Assembly: GCA_964016885.1 (NCBI GenBank)
Contig: OZ024740.1
Span: forward strand, 198,834,001-198,898,000
Origin: Eledone cirrhosa
Lineage: Eukaryota
DNA: 64,000 bases
Direction of reading: 5' to 3'
Shown here: positions 11,071 to 24,835 of the stretch, one piece after another
Layout: each line of letters opens with the position of its first letter
Position numbering within the stretch: position 1 is the first letter of the stretch
Translations under genes and position numbers: made by a program
Notes under the pieces: generated by a model
Told to the model about the DNA's origin: nothing
The model's input: only the letters and a program-made list of their open reading frames with translations
Database searches by the model: none

Positions 11071-14000
11071 TATTTATATAATGCATATAATACAGAATTT
11101 ATTTTAAAACATTTTTTTGGCTGTCTAAGTGTGTATATATATATATTGTTGGGGCAGCCTGTGTGTGTGTGTGTGCGTGTTTATGGTTTGCTAATGTATC
11201 GTTACCTCCTTATCTACAGGTTCGACAAAATATACCAGGATTTAAGAGTTGTGTACTGGGATCTATAGTATCGATTATATCAATTCATTCAACTAAGGAA
11301 TTTGCAACAAAGGCTTTAGGCTCCGGGTGGTTAGAACCCACTGCGTGGCAGCTTGGGTAATGTTGACTTACCATAACCTCGTGTAGACCCAAATCATGTG
11401 AAAGAATTTGGGATGAAGGATACTGTTGAGAAGCCCTTCAGATGGAATGTTCCTTAATTCCTAGAAACAGTCCTGTCATAAATTGAGTCAGGCAGATATA
11501 TCGTAAAGAATTACATTAAGGGTACACAAGTCCATGCAAAGCCCAAGCATTTACAAGTTAATCTCACGAGAAGGCCGTTCAATTATATGAACAATTGGGT
11601 AAAACATTGTCGAAATCGACCTGCTTCTGTTCCATACTCAGTTAATCCAGGAAAATCTAAGCAATTATTTAAGCAACTGTTCATACATGAAATTTATTAA
11701 TCTGGAGAAATTGCACCAGTCATTTAACCAATATTTGCTATTTTATAGTTCAGTAGCGCTTTTTTTTATATGATATGCGTTTGATAACCGTTATGGGTAG
11801 CTCTCTATAATGCATGTGATGATTTATATGACTTATCCATATGTTGGTGCAGATCTTAAGTGCTATTATATGTTGAAATATAATATTATTTAGCTTGTAA
11901 AGAGTACGACAGCAAGTAAGGGAGGTGTGATGCAGAAAATAGAAATTGCATGTTTTAACTCGACTAACACTATGAACAAATTGCGTATCACCGACGCAAA
12001 TAAATATTCTATTCACACTAAAACATGACGATAAAACTAATTACACTTTAAACTATTACATGTCTATTGCTAAGTTTTCGCTGCATAGAAAGATTCGTTT
12101 AACGTAATTTGATTTCACTGATTTCCTTCGAATCATCTCTTTATTTAAAGAAACAACAAATAAACAATCGATATTTCATTCATTTAATGTTAGGTATATA
12201 TTACACATAAATCAGCAAAATGGCAGTCATAGGTATACATTCGGGGTGTCTGCGCTCTGAGTTCAAATGTCGCCAATGTCGGTAAATTACCAGGTCAATA
12301 CTGGTTTCGATTCTTCCCCTTTTTCTCACTGGAAGATATCGCCTATGTTCCGTCATCGAAAGGGAAATGCTTCCTCCAGGTTAAAATGACTATGATATGG
12401 TGTCACCTAAGACGCCGTAAGGGGTTAAGACCCTTGAATGGTTGCATGAATGAAACAAATAGATGACCAAAAGGAATGTAGGAATATGAATATCCACTAC
12501 AATAATTTACTAAAATTTGTCTGTCACATTATTGCTGCTTTATAGAACGAATTCATGTTTTTATTTTTTTTCAATAGGACTGTTGATTTTAATTTTTATG
12601 TTGAGAAATGTAAAGTCTCTAGTAGTGAAAGGAATCACTCTCGGATTTGTTACTGAATTATCCAGGTGTTCGATCAAAGAATGTTATATTTTTGGATCGG
12701 CATATCGAAAGCGCCCTATTAAAATATGTCGAAGCTGTACAAATACTGCAGAATAAAAGAATAAAAGTTAAAATCCAGGATTCAATTATCATTAATGTTG
12801 CATCTGTGGATATGTTTCAGAAAAAAATCTCATAATGTAACAGTATGACCACGTGATTTAACAACATTAACTAGACTTTGAACGGCAAGCGTGAGGAATA
12901 TTATATGGCAAGCATTGACTCAGCTTTTTGGTTGAAGAATAATTTTATCCTTCCCACATCAGAGATGAAGTACCTGAACAAATATAGAGTCTTGTGTGAC
13001 ACCCGTCTTTCCTGAATGGGAAAATATTAACTCAAAATTAAGTAAAATCTAAAAATCAATTTAGTTTTAATATATAATGCTGTTGTCATTCTCGATTTGC
13101 ATTGAGGATAAAGCAGCTAGCCGACATACGGCTGATGTCAGTTCGATTCCTGCAGATCACGCTGTTCACATTTAAGTTGGTTTGGCAGAAATGGTTGAGT
13201 GCTAGATAATATGCTATTGCGACATTTGTTCAGATTTTTCATATGCTTTACGATCTGGCTTTAAATCAAACCCAGCTCAACATTACCTTTTATTCTTCAG
13301 AAGTCGATAAAATAAAATAGCAATCACGTATCGGGGTGGGGTTAATCAAGTCTAATCTTCATCAATGTTGTTGGTTTTCTACCTAAATTGGTCAACCTGA
13401 ATCATATTACTCTCCTAGAAAACATGTAGCAAGATAACTACACAGTTATGTCTGCGCTTATAGACATAGTTTTATTTCCTGGCATTACCATGCAATGCTT
13501 TCTGAAACAATAAGTCTACAACATTCTATAATTGATTTAGTATATTGTGAAATTGAAAAATGGTCGTTATAGGTGTCTGTGAAGGAACCAATTAGAAATT
13601 TAAATCAAATTATTATAGTTATTAATAATGCATTGCCTATTCAAATATAATAATCTATCCCACTTTAGTCAGTCGGACACGTAATCATAAAAGTTAACAC
13701 GTACATACAATTATACAGACAAATGTTATATATATGTTTGTGTGTCTGTATGTAACTTTAGTTGTTTTGGCCTGTATTAGTCCAGGCCGTGTCTTTCAAA
13801 TTGCTTCATAGCTCACTAATATATGGACACCATAGACTACTCGAGTAAAGAGTTTTTTTGGCGGAAACAGATCATCCTGTTGGTGATTTATCTGGAATTT
13901 GGTGGGAGAATTTGTCCAGGAACCTTATATCTCTTAAGGGATCTTTTTGTTTCAGTACACTATTGAAAAGAACAGGAAGGAGCAGTTCCGTTGAAATAAT

Positions 14001-14418
14001 TATATTGTGATTATGTTAGTGAAACAAGCTCGAATTGTATTGGGCACAGATAACAGAGCCAAACATGGGTTAATTTTAAGTTGATGCGCACATCATATGT
14101 ATAAATCGACAATATCGCTGAGTTATCTTCTCTTCAACTGATATTTAAATATGCGCATGTCCAGCCGGATACTCTTCTATAGATACAGGTCATTAAAAAA
14201 TCGCCATTCATAAAAAAAACTTTTCATTAAGTGCATGTCAATTGAAAATTACTTGATTCATATTAAACATGAACATTAAATGTAATGTGACACAATGATA
14301 GTTATCTAATGTGTAGCAATAACTCCCGTCACTTTAACAATATAACGAACATTCTCACTTTTGTTTGCGAAACTACTTTCAAATTATGTATATATCTATC
14401 TAACAATAAGTATACCTA

Positions 14419-14497
<79 letters not shown>

Positions 14498-14517
14498 TAT
14501 AGGGACAGAGAGATCGG

Positions 14518-14576
<59 letters not shown>

Positions 14577-15052
14577 CATTCTACATTTATATACATAAAC
14601 ACAGCAACAATTATTTCCTGGGAGTGGTGAATCCATGCAAGATGCAGAGTCATATTTGTTATATGTGATTTATCTAGCGCACCAGTTTCGCAGAAGCCAA
14701 CGGTGTATTCTCTCTAGTGAGCTATCTTGACGTTAACTTCGGTTAAACTCGAGTACCAGTCAAACATGTCATGCTATGTATAGTATATGGGTGTCCTTGT
14801 GTTAGTGTTCATGAAATTAACATGCAAAATACTGAGAATTCTACAGATATTTGCTTATATGATACAGTTCTCAAGGAGATTAAGTTTGACAGTACATGGC
14901 AAGTTGGTCCACTAGCAGTACAGGTGAGTGAACTGAAGCAGCATGGGATAAAGTATCTTTCGCGAGGACACAAGGCCTTGCTTGGAATCTCTGTTATGGT
15001 CGTCAGTCAAGTACACTAAACTCTAAATTGTGCACTTTCGTTATATATTAGG

Positions 15053-15112
<60 letters not shown>

Positions 15113-15398
15113 CATACGTAGTTTAGAAAGCCACAACAATGCATATGGGAAATCTCGAGGTAAGAAGTGAATGATAGATAGGAGAAATAGGAGAAAGTGA
15201 AAATTGAGAGAGACAAAGATGAAAACAAAACAAAGGTAGAAGGGTTACCGTAGTGGAGATTTAATCCCAATATTTGGGGCTCACGCCCATCAACGGGGGA
15301 AAGTTCCAAAAAGGGGGGGGGGGGAACAGGCTAAGCCGGAGAAAGTTGTGATGTCGTTAAAACAGGAATGCCGTTTGCTTCAAGCAAACTGTAACACC

Positions 15399-15438
<40 letters not shown>

Positions 15439-15534
15439 GGAGGTGAGTTTTATTGTAGTACAATAAAGCAATACAGATATCGGATAAGAAGCACTCTACA
15501 GTTTGTAGGACTGGAGTATACATAATATATATAT

Positions 15535-15930
15535 TCACCTTGTAAAATCCTTCGTAAACGTATACATTTGTTTTGACGCCAGATTATTCATCCTTAATTC
15601 ATTATTTTTTTCTCCCTATCATCTAACTCATTCTCAATACATATTAACTTTTCTTCGCACATATTATCAATTCCTTCAATATACAAACCTCAACTTCCCA
15701 TTATTTTTCTCAAATCCTTCAATATACAAACCTTAACTTTACATTTTTTCTCTTCGTTAATTTTCAAATTTCCATAATACTTGTAAACATACACACTTTT
15801 TTTGACGTTAGAATATTCATCCGCAACTCATTATTCTCTTCTCTCTATCATCAAACTTTTTATTCTCAATACATATTAACTCCCTCTCCTTCTTCGTACA
15901 TATTTTTCCCTTCGTTAATTTTCAAATTCT
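15535..15930. repeat. Diverged tandem duplication (unit about 240 bp)
   Basis: TTGTAAA..TTTTGACG..AGA.TATTCATCC...ATTCTCAATACATATTAACT at about 15540 and 15781. Confidence 0.6.
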
Positions 15931-16340
15931 GTTAATTTATACATTATCTTCCAACGGGTTTCAACCTCTCTATGTAAAACAATATATCTTTCTCAGTTAT
16001 AAAAACTATCTCTCTCTCTCTCTATCACCCATCTCTCCTCCTATCTCATCCTTCCTTATTATATTCCTGCCTCTCCACCTTCACTCTCATCTCCTCCTCT
16101 TTTTTTCATCCTTTCCACCCACCCCCTCTAAATAAAATATTTTTCCCAATATCACACATCAATCTAAAACTACTTCTCATATGTTGATTTAAAACTGCAC
16201 TATCCACAAGTGTTTTTTAGCCTTCATATCATATCCTCCTGTTTTATCTGATGAAAACACAAATATTATTGCATGATGATGTTTGTTTTTGAAATGCGCA
16301 TAATAAAATACACGGAACTCCTTTAACCATCTTTTGTTCT

Positions 16341-16405
<65 letters not shown>

Positions 16406-16418
16406 TATACACACACAA

Positions 16419-16453
<35 letters not shown>

Positions 16454-16719
16454 TATATGTATATATATATATATATATATACACCCACACAGACATACAC
16501 ACAAATATGTACAAACACACGCGCATGCGTACCACACTCATATATATATATATATATAAAGATAAACAAGGGTTAAAATATCCTCTTCAGTAGTCTTCTG
16601 ATTTATCGTTGGTATTTCGGCGCATTAAAGACTATATACCTAAAATCAGTGCGAGCGATAACTCAATTAAGTTATCGGGACAGTGGGAAAAAGGAGGGAA
16701 AAAAACAAACACATGTTGC

Positions 16720-16759
<40 letters not shown>

Positions 16760-17545
16760 GCACATATATTGCAATTGATAAAAGTTTGGATATACAAATC
16801 CAGACCTAACGTATATTCTTTATATAGGTATACCTATCTCTCTCTCTCTGTCTCTCTCTCTCTGTCTCTCTCTCTCTCTCTCACATACACACACACACAT
16901 ACACAGCTATATATATATATATAACAAAGGAAATGTGGTAAGGAACCAGATGGACCATAACGCACCAGAGTAGTCAATACTTAGGGTAGTAGAGTGGGAA
17001 ATATGAGAAAGTATGACCCCGACGGCAGAGCTCAAGCCGTTTCGACGGCTATTTCTGGACTCAGAAATGTAGACGTAAAAATGGATAGACGTCCAGAAAT
17101 AGCCCACGAAACGGCTTGAGCTCTGCCGTCGGGGTCATACTTTTTCCTATATATATATATATATATATCAAGATATCAAGATAAGCAGAACAAGTAAAAT
17201 TCAACCAATTTTTCAAAGTAAATCAGAATTAATTTACAATTAAAATTAATCAAAATTAAAGAATATAATATAAATATTTACCTATTCAAATGGTCCTTAC
17301 TATAAGTTTCACTTTGCAAAACATTAGATATCACATGGATATTAATGGAAAAACAAAGATCATCAGAGAAGCATTTTCCTTTCCTAGGGTTAAAAACCTC
17401 AGGAACGATAAAATATATGACCTCGGCTCCAACTGACACAGGTCTGAAAGGTCGTAAAAGTGACCCATATGTACGCTGGTGTTAAGTGAAGGCGGGAAAT
17501 CGCAGACTTGTTGTCTATAGTCGCCACTAAAAATTAGCAGCTAGA

Positions 17546-17620
<75 letters not shown>

Positions 17621-17626
<6 letters not shown>

Positions 17627-20600
17627 ATACTTTTGGAGGGTCATGTTGCCAATAAGAAACACACGCACCAGCCGCTTTCATTTCAATTTATTATAAATTA
17701 AATTTATAAATTTCCGGTTGGTTGGTTGGTTCCACCACCAGATGACTGTTCATATATTGTCAAAGTTCTTTCGTCACACGTTCTGTGACCTCTTCAGTGA
17801 CTGGGGATTCATTTCTTTGTTTTTGTGCCTCTCCTTTGTTCTGTCCTATGCCATCTTGTTGTTGTGTGTGTTGTGTGCTTAGTTTGCGCATGTGTTACAT
17901 CCGGGTGTCTGTGTGTGTTTATATTTGTTTATTTATTTGTTTATTTACATGTTACTGGTTGGTTGTTTGTTCTATGTGTGTGTGTGTTTTCATTTTGTCC
18001 TTAAATGTAAGTTGTGATGCTGCTAATCCATTCATGCTTTCTATTTAATTTTGGTTGGAGTTCATTTATGTTTATTGCCTCTGTGATTTGTGTAAATATT
18101 GCGTCTTTTCTGTGTGTAGATTCTATTTTTATTTCTATGTTCTTTAATTTACCCTAATGTTCTATTTTAGCATGTTGGTAGAGTATAGATGATTCTTTAC
18201 TATCTTGAAGCTCTTGCCAGTGTTCATTTATCCGTTCTCCTATACTACGGGCTGGCTCACCTATGTACACTCTATTCTTATCTCTACATTGTCCTACAGT
18301 ACATCTTATGCTATATACTACATTTCTAGATTTAAAGTTAATATGGGGGCTTAGTTTACAGATTATACGTTTCTTATTTATACAGGGAGGTCTTTGAAAA
18401 GGGTATGTATTGCTAATAAGTGTTTTTATGGAGGTACCTGGTCTTTCTACTATCTTAATATTAAGTTTATGTTTATCTAGGGCCCTTCTGAATTTGTAAG
18501 CTAATTCACCCCTAGGAGTTGTATTGATGAACATTACACTCTGGTATTTATTGCTATCATGCCATGACTTTATTCTATTAACCTTATTCCTAGTTCTTTC
18601 TATTATATTCCAAAATTTGCTCCTGTACAAGTGGCAGGTCCCATTTGTATCATTATTTACTATTTTTTTCCCATTTGGTTCTGGCTCCTCTATATACTCT
18701 GATCTTATCTCTCTGATTGTAACCATAGAACTGCATACGGTTGTATGTGTCTCTCTAGTTCTTTGCGGTTGCACATGCGGGACACGTTTCTCATCACCCG
18801 TACCAAATCCGCAATCAGTATGTTGATTTTGGTGTGGTCCGAAACTGCTGAGTTTCGGTAGATCAGATATTTGGAGGTCATGGGTTTGACATAATGTGAA
18901 TGGAGGATCTGCTTTTTGTTATTGATAGTATCTAACCAGAGCTCTGTGTCTAGTACAGGTAATCGATGGTTGGGGTGTTTGCTTGGGTAGTCTATAGTAA
19001 CTCTAATACTCTGGTGGATGGAGTTAGCTATTTGCTGGATGCTTTCCATGGTGTTTTCTCTAATTCCTGACTGTTCTCTAGTGCGGGTGTTTTAACTACG
19101 ATGTTTATATCATCAACATAGCGGGAGTACATTATCAGGGTTAAGAGGTTGCTGTCTTCTAATTGTTCTTTAAGTTTAAGTTTAAGTCTATTGTCCCACC
19201 ATACCTTGAATAGGTTAGCTATGTCACCTGCAATGCTAACACCAATGGCTGCTCCCTCCTCTTGGGCATATGTTTTTCCATTAAATTTGAACATATGTTC
19301 CTTAAGGGGTAATTTTATACTGGCCCCCACCGCATGTGCAATCATTTTCTTTAGTTCATCGTGGTTTTCGGGGGTCCGACAGCTCTGTTCCATCCGTTCC
19401 ATCTATCTGTGTGGGTTTTTTTGGTCATTGAGGTAATGGTAGCTGGTCTGCCTCTTGCTGGTCTTGTAGGGCACAGGTTGCTAAGGTCATATGTATCTAG
19501 ATAATTATTACTATAAGTAAGTTTAAGATCTAAATTCTTACTATAAGTAAGCCTAATATATAAACTTAGAAACATTATAGAACAGTATAGTAAGAAGCAA
19601 AATAGAATCGAGGCCCAGCAACTGGGAGAAACATCTGTAAATGGCTTGCGTAAGCTCATGCAGCGCTCGCGTAATGGAGAGATTGCATGCTTTCCAACAG
19701 ACAAGTCTAGCAGAATGTCGGTTGACAGTCTGTCAAACTACATCCAGGCAATGCAACCCCACACCACTAACACAAGAGAGGTAACACCACAACAAAAGGA
19801 CTGCCAACAACTTCCAAGCCTGGAACAATGACGTGCCAGCGTTGTATGGGCTTCGAGAAGACCATAAAACGAGCAGTGAACCTGTCACGGGACCACCAAC
19901 ACGGCCAGTCTGGGGTGCTAACATTGCTAGTAACTGGTGGGACAATAGACTTAAACTTAAACTTAAAGAACAATTAGAACACAGCAACCTCTTAACTCTG
20001 ATAATGTACTCCCGCTACGTTGATGATATAAACATCGTAGTAAAAACATCCCCACTAGAGAACAGTCACGAATTAGAGAAAAACACCATGGAAAGCATCC
20101 AGCAAATAGCTAACTCCATCCACCAGAGTATTAGAGTTACTATAGATTACCCAACCACCGATTACCTGTACTAGAGCTCTGGTTAGATACTATCAATAAC
20201 AAAACACAGATCCTCCATTCCCATTACGCCAAACCCATGACTTCCAAATATCTGATTCACTGAAATTCAGCTGTTTCGGACCACACCAAAATCAACATAT
20301 TGATTGCGGATTTGGTACGGGTGATGAGAAACGTGTCCCGCATGTGCAACCCCAAAGAACTAGAGAGACGCATACGACACTTCAGCCACCGTATGCAGTT
20401 CTCTGGTTACAATCAGAGAGATAAGATCAGAGTATATAGAGGAGCCTGAACCAAATGGGAAAAAATGGTAAATAATAATACAAATGGGACCTGCCCTTTG
20501 TATAGGAGCAAATTTTGGAATAGAATAGAAAGAACTAGGAATAAGGTTAATAGAATAAACTCATGGTATGATAGCAATGAATACCAGAGTGTAATGTTTA

Positions 20601-21567
20601 TCAATACAACCCCTAGAGGTGAATTAGCTTACAAATTCAGAAGGGCCCTAGATAAACATACACTCAATATTAAGATAGTAGAAAGACCAGGTACCTCCAT
20701 AAAAAACACTTCATTAGCAATACATACCCTTTTCAAAGACGTCCCTGTACAGATAAGAAATGTATAATCTGTAAACTAAGCCCTCATATTAACTCTAATA
20801 CTAGAAATGTAGTATATAGCATAAGATGTACTGAAGGACAATGTAGAGATAAGAATATAGTGTACATAGGTGAGACAGCTCGTAGTATAGGAAAACGGAT
20901 AAATGAACAGTGGCGAGAGCTTCAAGATAGTAAAGAATCATCTGTACTCTACTAACATGCTAACATAGAACATAAGGGTAAATTAAAGAACATAGACATA
21001 AAAATAGAATCTACACACAGAAAAGACGCAATGTTTACACAAATCACAGAGGCAATAAACATAAATGAACTCCAACTAAAATTAAATAGAAAGCATGAAT
21101 GGAATAGCAACATCACAACTTACAATTAAGGACAAAATGAGAACACACACACACATAGAACAAACAACCAACCAGTAACGTGTAAATAAACAAATAAATA
21201 AACAAATATAAACACACACAGACACCCGGATGTAACACATGCGCAAACTAAGCACTCAACACACACAAAAACAAGATGGCGTAGGACAGAAAAATGGAGA
21301 GGCACAAAAACAATGAAAAAGATCCTCAGTCACTGAAGAGGTCACAGAATGTGTGACGAAAGAACTTTGGCAATAAATAAACAATCGTCTGGTTGTGGAA
21401 GCAACCAACCAACCGGAAATTTATAAATTTAATTTATAATAAATTGAAGTGAAAACGACTGGTACGTGTGTTTCTTATTGGCAACATGACCCTCCCAAAG
21501 TATAACAATGTCGGTTTCAACACACGTTTTCAGATAAAGAATCTCGCTAAATCAATTCAGAAACGAA
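17621..21567. mobile_element. Head-to-head inverted pair of Penelope-like elements (YVDD RT + GIY-YIG); arms about 17621-19230 (-) and 19915-21510 (+)
   Basis: PTDKS, PALYGLREDHK, PTRPV, QEEGAAIG..AGDIANL, SRYVDDIN, LPVLD, NVVYSIRC..VYIGETARS.GERINEH; frameshifts and stops; flanked by (TA)n. Confidence 0.92.
17759..17801 (-). ncRNA. Candidate minimal hammerhead ribozyme (mirror copy 21329-21371 on +)
   Basis: GTCA-CTGAAGA-g-GTCAC-agaacgt-GTGAC-GAAA-gaac-TT|TGAC. Confidence 0.75.
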
Positions 21568-21598
<31 letters not shown>

Positions 21599-22660
21599 TA
21601 GAAAGATGTGTGTGTGAGAGAGATATACCTATATAAAGAATATACGTTATATCTGGATTTGCATATACAAACATTTATCAATAGGAATATGTATGTATAT
21701 ATTTCTACATATTAATATATAAATCATTATGTAAATATTGTGATTGATATGCATGTGCATATCAATGTATTTATCTATCCATATATGTGTATATGTAATT
21801 TAACTTTGCTTACTCACAAGGATTTAATATATATTCATGTATACATCAAATTCAACAACAGAAAAAACAAGAACTATTAACATAGTATTGGGCTATACTT
21901 TGATGTATTTGTATATGTTTGTATATGTTTGCGCTTCTTGTTCGTCTGTTTTGTTTGCATCCAATATAAATGTATATTATGTAAAGCATATATGTATGGG
22001 TAGTTTGTATGTCTGGTTCGCTGAACCTCACATAAGATGAAACAATATTTTCTTAAGAGGAAATTTGAAAAAAAAAAAAAAATTAAATATAACAATAAAA
22101 ATAATAATAATAAAAGATTAATGTCAAACTTTTTTTAACGTTTTCTTTTCTTTTAAGATTCAGGTTTTTAAATCTCTGATATTTACATTTGGGATTAATG
22201 CAAAATATAGTTGAGCTTTATGAAAATCAATTACAACGTTGTGTAAAATAATTTAAAATTAAGATTAATAAGTTTTTGTGTAGATTTGTTCGGAATTACT
22301 TTGGTATTTGGTACTTATACATGTAAAAGCAATTATTTACTTCTTTATATTTTTAGTTATATTCCACAACTGTTTGCTTCTTTTATTTACTTTCAAATTA
22401 TTTACTGCAATGATTTAAAAAAATGTACAAACATACACACGCGCCCACATTCACATACATATATATGTGCATGTGTGTGCTTATATATATATGTATGCAT
22501 GTATGCATGTATATATTTATGTATGTATATGTGTGTATATACAGGTGTCTATGTATGTATGTGCGTATAATACCTGCATATAAATACTTTATGTAGACAT
22601 TCAACAGTAAATTGACATCGACGCCCCTCGAGCTACAAATATGCACACATACTGAAACAC

Positions 22661-22692
<32 letters not shown>

Positions 22693-22901
22693 TGTATGTA
22701 TGTATAAGAGATGGAAAAATGAATAGACGTAATTTTTTTTGACGAAATCTATTTCGTTTGTGCACCTCGCTCTCCTCTATCTTTCTATTTCTAATTCTAT
22801 TTTGTGATGAAATATTACCGTCCAAAACCTCAAGACAAATTCATATATTAAGCCTTAAATATCTTCATTGTAATTCATCCTCTTTGGTGCTTTTCCGTTT
22901 A

Positions 22902-23166
<265 letters not shown>

Positions 23167-23629
23167 ATATATCTATCTGGTTTTGCAGATGGAAAATGCT
23201 ATACAGAGGTAACGACCGGGCAAAGTGTTTTGGGGAAGACCAATTGTCAATCTTCTACACCAGTTTCTCCACTCCACGCCACCGATGTTGTCCAACGCAA
23301 AAGCAAATGCCAATACGCCTTGACACCAATGACGTCACAATTCATCTCTACAGCTGGGTGAAATAGAGCAACGCAAAACGCATCGCCCACGCACCTAGCC
23401 AAACACACAGGTAGGGGTGTGAATATGAATAGATAGAGATGAGGTGTGATATGAAGGGAAGTCATTTACGATTTTCCATCATATTATTGATGTGAAAAAT
23501 AATTATTTTATAGACTTTAATATGAATATATTTAAATATATTGTAGGATAGTCAAAATACAGTGAAAGTTCCAAATCTATTTTCAAAGATTTCAATTGCC
23601 ACCGTATTATAAATCACCCGTGCTTATAT

Positions 23630-24835
23630 ATATATATGTATCCAAAATTAAATTAAGGGCGTCATGTCCTAGAGAAATGCGCCATATCCATTGTCGAATA
23701 GACTCAGAGATTCCAATGAATAGATCCGAGAATTTTATATCAACTAGAAATTGATTGACATATATATATATATCTAAAATAAACACATGAAACAATCACA
23801 GGGGATAATTTGTAAAGTGTGTAAGCGCACACACCTAGGTAGATAACTAATTAAAGTTTAACTAGAACTTCAAATATAGATACCTTTTAAAATGATTAAT
23901 CTTCCTTGTATATATTTCATTAAAGAAATATATGTCACCATTAATCCATAAATCACAGTAGTCAAAAAACGGATTTTTAACAAGGGAGGAGATTTAACTA
24001 TCTGTGTTTACACAGCAAATCCAAATCTTCGAATGACCCGTCGCACGTGTTGAATTTTATTGTGATTTAAGGATTAATGGTGAAATATATTTCTTTAATG
24101 AAATATATACAAGGAAGATTAATCATTTTAAAAGGTATCTATATTTGAAGTCCTAGTTAAACTTTAATTAGCTACCTACCTAGCTGTGTGTGCTTACACA
24201 CTTTACAAATTATCCCCTGTGATTGTTTCATGTGTTTATTATAGATATATATATGTCAATCAATTTCTAGTTGATATAAAATGCTCGGATCTATTCATTG
24301 GAATCTTTGAGAATATTCTACAGTAGATATGGCACATGTCCGAAAGACATGACACCCTTAATTTAATTTTGGATATATATACGGCCGCTTAATTGTAGAG
24401 CTAACTCAGTTGAAAGGACTCGGCTGCTATTTCTAGCTGTCGATAATCCTATTCACGCCACTGGTATAAATATGTGTATTACGATGTGTGTTTTTAAAAA
24501 AAAATGCAACACGTGCGATGGTTCATTCGCAGATTTGCATTTGCTGTGTAAATACAGATAGTTCAATCTTCTCCCTTGTTGAACATACGGATTTGACTAC
24601 TGTGAGTTTACGGATTAATGGTGAAATATATTTATTTAATGAAATATATACAAGGAAGATTAATCATTTTAAACGGTATCTATATTTGAAGTTCTAGTTC
24701 TATATTTGAAATTCTAGGTAGTTACATACCTAGCTGTGTGTGCTTACACACTTTAAAAATTATCCCCTGTGATTGTTTTATGTGTTTATTTTAGATATAT
24801 ATATATATACATCTGTCAATCAATTTATAGTTTAT
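23630..24835. repeat. One inverted and two direct copies of a 300-400 bp PLE-type terminal repeat (23630-24055 on -, 24070-24380 on +, 24500-24835 on +)
   Basis: GGATTAATGGTGAAATATATTT.TTTAATGAAATATATACAAGGAAGATTAATCATTTTAAA occurs three times; directly upstream of a PLE ORF. Confidence 0.85.
24574..24655 (+). ncRNA. Candidate hammerhead, U3 variant with an extended stem II region
   Basis: CCTTG-TTGAACA (inverted copy TTAAAAA; inferred consensus TTGAAAA)-55 nt-GAAA-TATA-TA|CAAGG; helix I extends through AATCTTC/GAAGATT. Confidence 0.5.

Noticed and set aside
23326-23340. CCAAT overlapping TGACGTCA (cAMP-response element), a possible promoter
   Set aside because: Short motifs expected by chance; no associated exon or start site visible.
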